33,420 nt of DNA from a virus: the UHGV virus genome UHGV-0152658; one strand, given 5' to 3'. The notes under the pieces were generated by a model. The model searched no databases and was not told where the DNA came from. It worked only from the letters and a program-made list of their open reading frames with translations. Below are positions 32,204-33,420 of this stretch, in pieces. The stretch's first letter is position 1; every line of letters starts with the position of its first letter. The position numbers and the translations under genes were made by a program.

Positions 32204-33370
32204 TTGAAACGCCGTCTTATTATTGCTGCTTCTTTGTTCGTTTTTAATTTATCGTCTGGTTTTGCGGCGGAAAACATTCCTTTTTCACCTCAACCTCCAG
32301 AGATTCATGCCGGGTCCTGGGTATTGATGGATTACACCACCGGTCAGATTCTCACCGCGGGTAATGAGCATCAACAGCGCAATCCCGCCAGCCTGACAAA
32401 GCTGATGACGGGCTATGTCGTGGATCGCGCTATCGATAGTCATCGCATTAAGCCAGACGATATTGTCACCGTGGGGCGTGATGCGTGGGCGAAAGATAAT
32501 CCGGTGTTTGTCGGTTCTTCACTGATGTTTTTGAAAGAGGGCGATCGCGTATCGGTACGTGATTTAAGCCGTGGTTTAATTGTGGATTCCGGAAATGACG
32601 CTTGTGTTGCTCTGGCTGACTATATTGCCGGTGGGCAACGGCAGTTTGTTGAAATGATGAACAACTATGCCGAGAAGCTGCATCTCAAGGATACGCATTT
32701 TGAAACAGTGCATGGTCTGGATGCACCTGGCCAGCATAGCTCGGCTTATGATTTAGCCGTGCTTTCTCGCGCTATCATCCACGGCGAGCCCGAGTTTTAT
32801 CATATGTACAGTGAGAAAAGCCTCACCTGGAACGGTATCACCCAGCAAAACCGTAACGGGTTATTGTGGGATAAAACCATGAATGTTGACGGCCTGAAAA
32901 CGGGCCATACTTCTGGTGCCGGGTTTAATCTTATTGCTTCGGCTGTAGACGGGCAGCGTCGCCTCATTGCAGTGGTAATGGGGGCTGACAGTGCAAAAGG
33001 TCGTGAGGAAGAGGCAAGAAAATTACTGCGTTGGGGGCAACAAAACTTTACTACGGTGCAAATTTTGCACCGTGGGAAAAAGGTCGGTACGGAACGCATC
33101 TGGTATGGCGATAAAGAAAATATCGCCCTGGGAACGGAACAAGAGTTCTGGATGGTGCTACCGAAAGCCGAAATTCCACATATCAAAGCCAAATATACCC
33201 TTGATGGTAAAGAACTCACCGCGCCAATTAGCGCCCATCAGCGGGTAGGGGAAATTGAACTTTACGACCGTGATAAACAGGTGGCGCACTGGCCGCTGGT
33301 TACCCTGGAATCTGTCGGGGAAGGCAGCATGTTTTCCCGCCTGAGTGATTATTTCCACCATAAGGCCTGA
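32204..33370 (+). CDS. dacD: D-alanyl-D-alanine carboxypeptidase DacD (PBP6b), host gene
   Basis: Signal peptide, SxxK active-site motif (ASLTKLMT), SGN and KTG motifs; start set at TTG 32204 to give 388 aa (track ORF begins at TTG 32198). Confidence 0.88.
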   Translation: MKRRLIIAASLFVFNLSSGFAAENIPFSPQPPEIHAGSWVLMDYTTGQILTAGNEHQQRNPASLTKLMTGYVVDRAIDSHRIKPDDIVTVGRDAWAKDNPVFVGSSLMFLKEGDRVSVRDLSRGLIVDSGNDACVALADYIAGGQRQFVEMMNNYAEKLHLKDTHFETVHGLDAPGQHSSAYDLAVLSRAIIHGEPEFYHMYSEKSLTWNGITQQNRNGLLWDKTMNVDGLKTGHTSGAGFNLIASAVDGQRRLIAVVMGADSAKGREEEARKLLRWGQQNFTTVQILHRGKKVGTERIWYGDKENIALGTEQEFWMVLPKAEIPHIKAKYTLDGKELTAPISAHQRVGEIELYDRDKQVAHWPLVTLESVGEGSMFSRLSDYFHHKA

Positions 33371-33420
33371 CCTTTCTTTTGCAGCAGACTGGCAGGAGTG
33401 CGAGTCTGCTCGCATAATCA

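Noticed and set aside
33371-33420. Hairpin after dacD (gcagact ... agtctgc) as an intrinsic terminator
   Set aside because: The stem has a 12-nt loop and no following T-tract within the window, so it cannot be called a terminator.

Overview
This window is the right ~32 kb of a mosaic lambdoid prophage with P22/Sf6-like morphogenesis genes, followed by the host junction. Calls rest on reading the ORF translations and sequence motifs by eye and on recalled protein families; no searches were run. Left to right: a leftward early operon (lambda-type N, nutL, three 434-type OL operators); a 434-type immunity region (cI, OR1-3, cro) with a secreted-protein gene translationally coupled downstream of cI; nutR, cII, an O-like replication initiator with internal ori iterons, a DnaB-type helicase; a nin region (ninB, ninE, ninF, ybcO-like, rusA, ninH) interrupted by several small unknown ORFs; Q antiterminator, pR', lambda-type lysis cassette (S, R, Rz/Rz1); then P22-like terminase (with a pac-like site), portal, scaffold, coat, head-completion and ejection proteins, a tailspike, and a leftward gtrA-gtrB-gtrC O-antigen glucosylation operon. 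The prophage ends inside the 5' end of host sbcB (first 16 codons remain), next to intact dacD. The best candidates for undescribed accessory functions are the secreted protein in the rex position, a very acidic early protein between N and a tL1-like terminator, and AT-rich small-ORF insertions in the nin region. None of these can be assigned a function from sequence alone.
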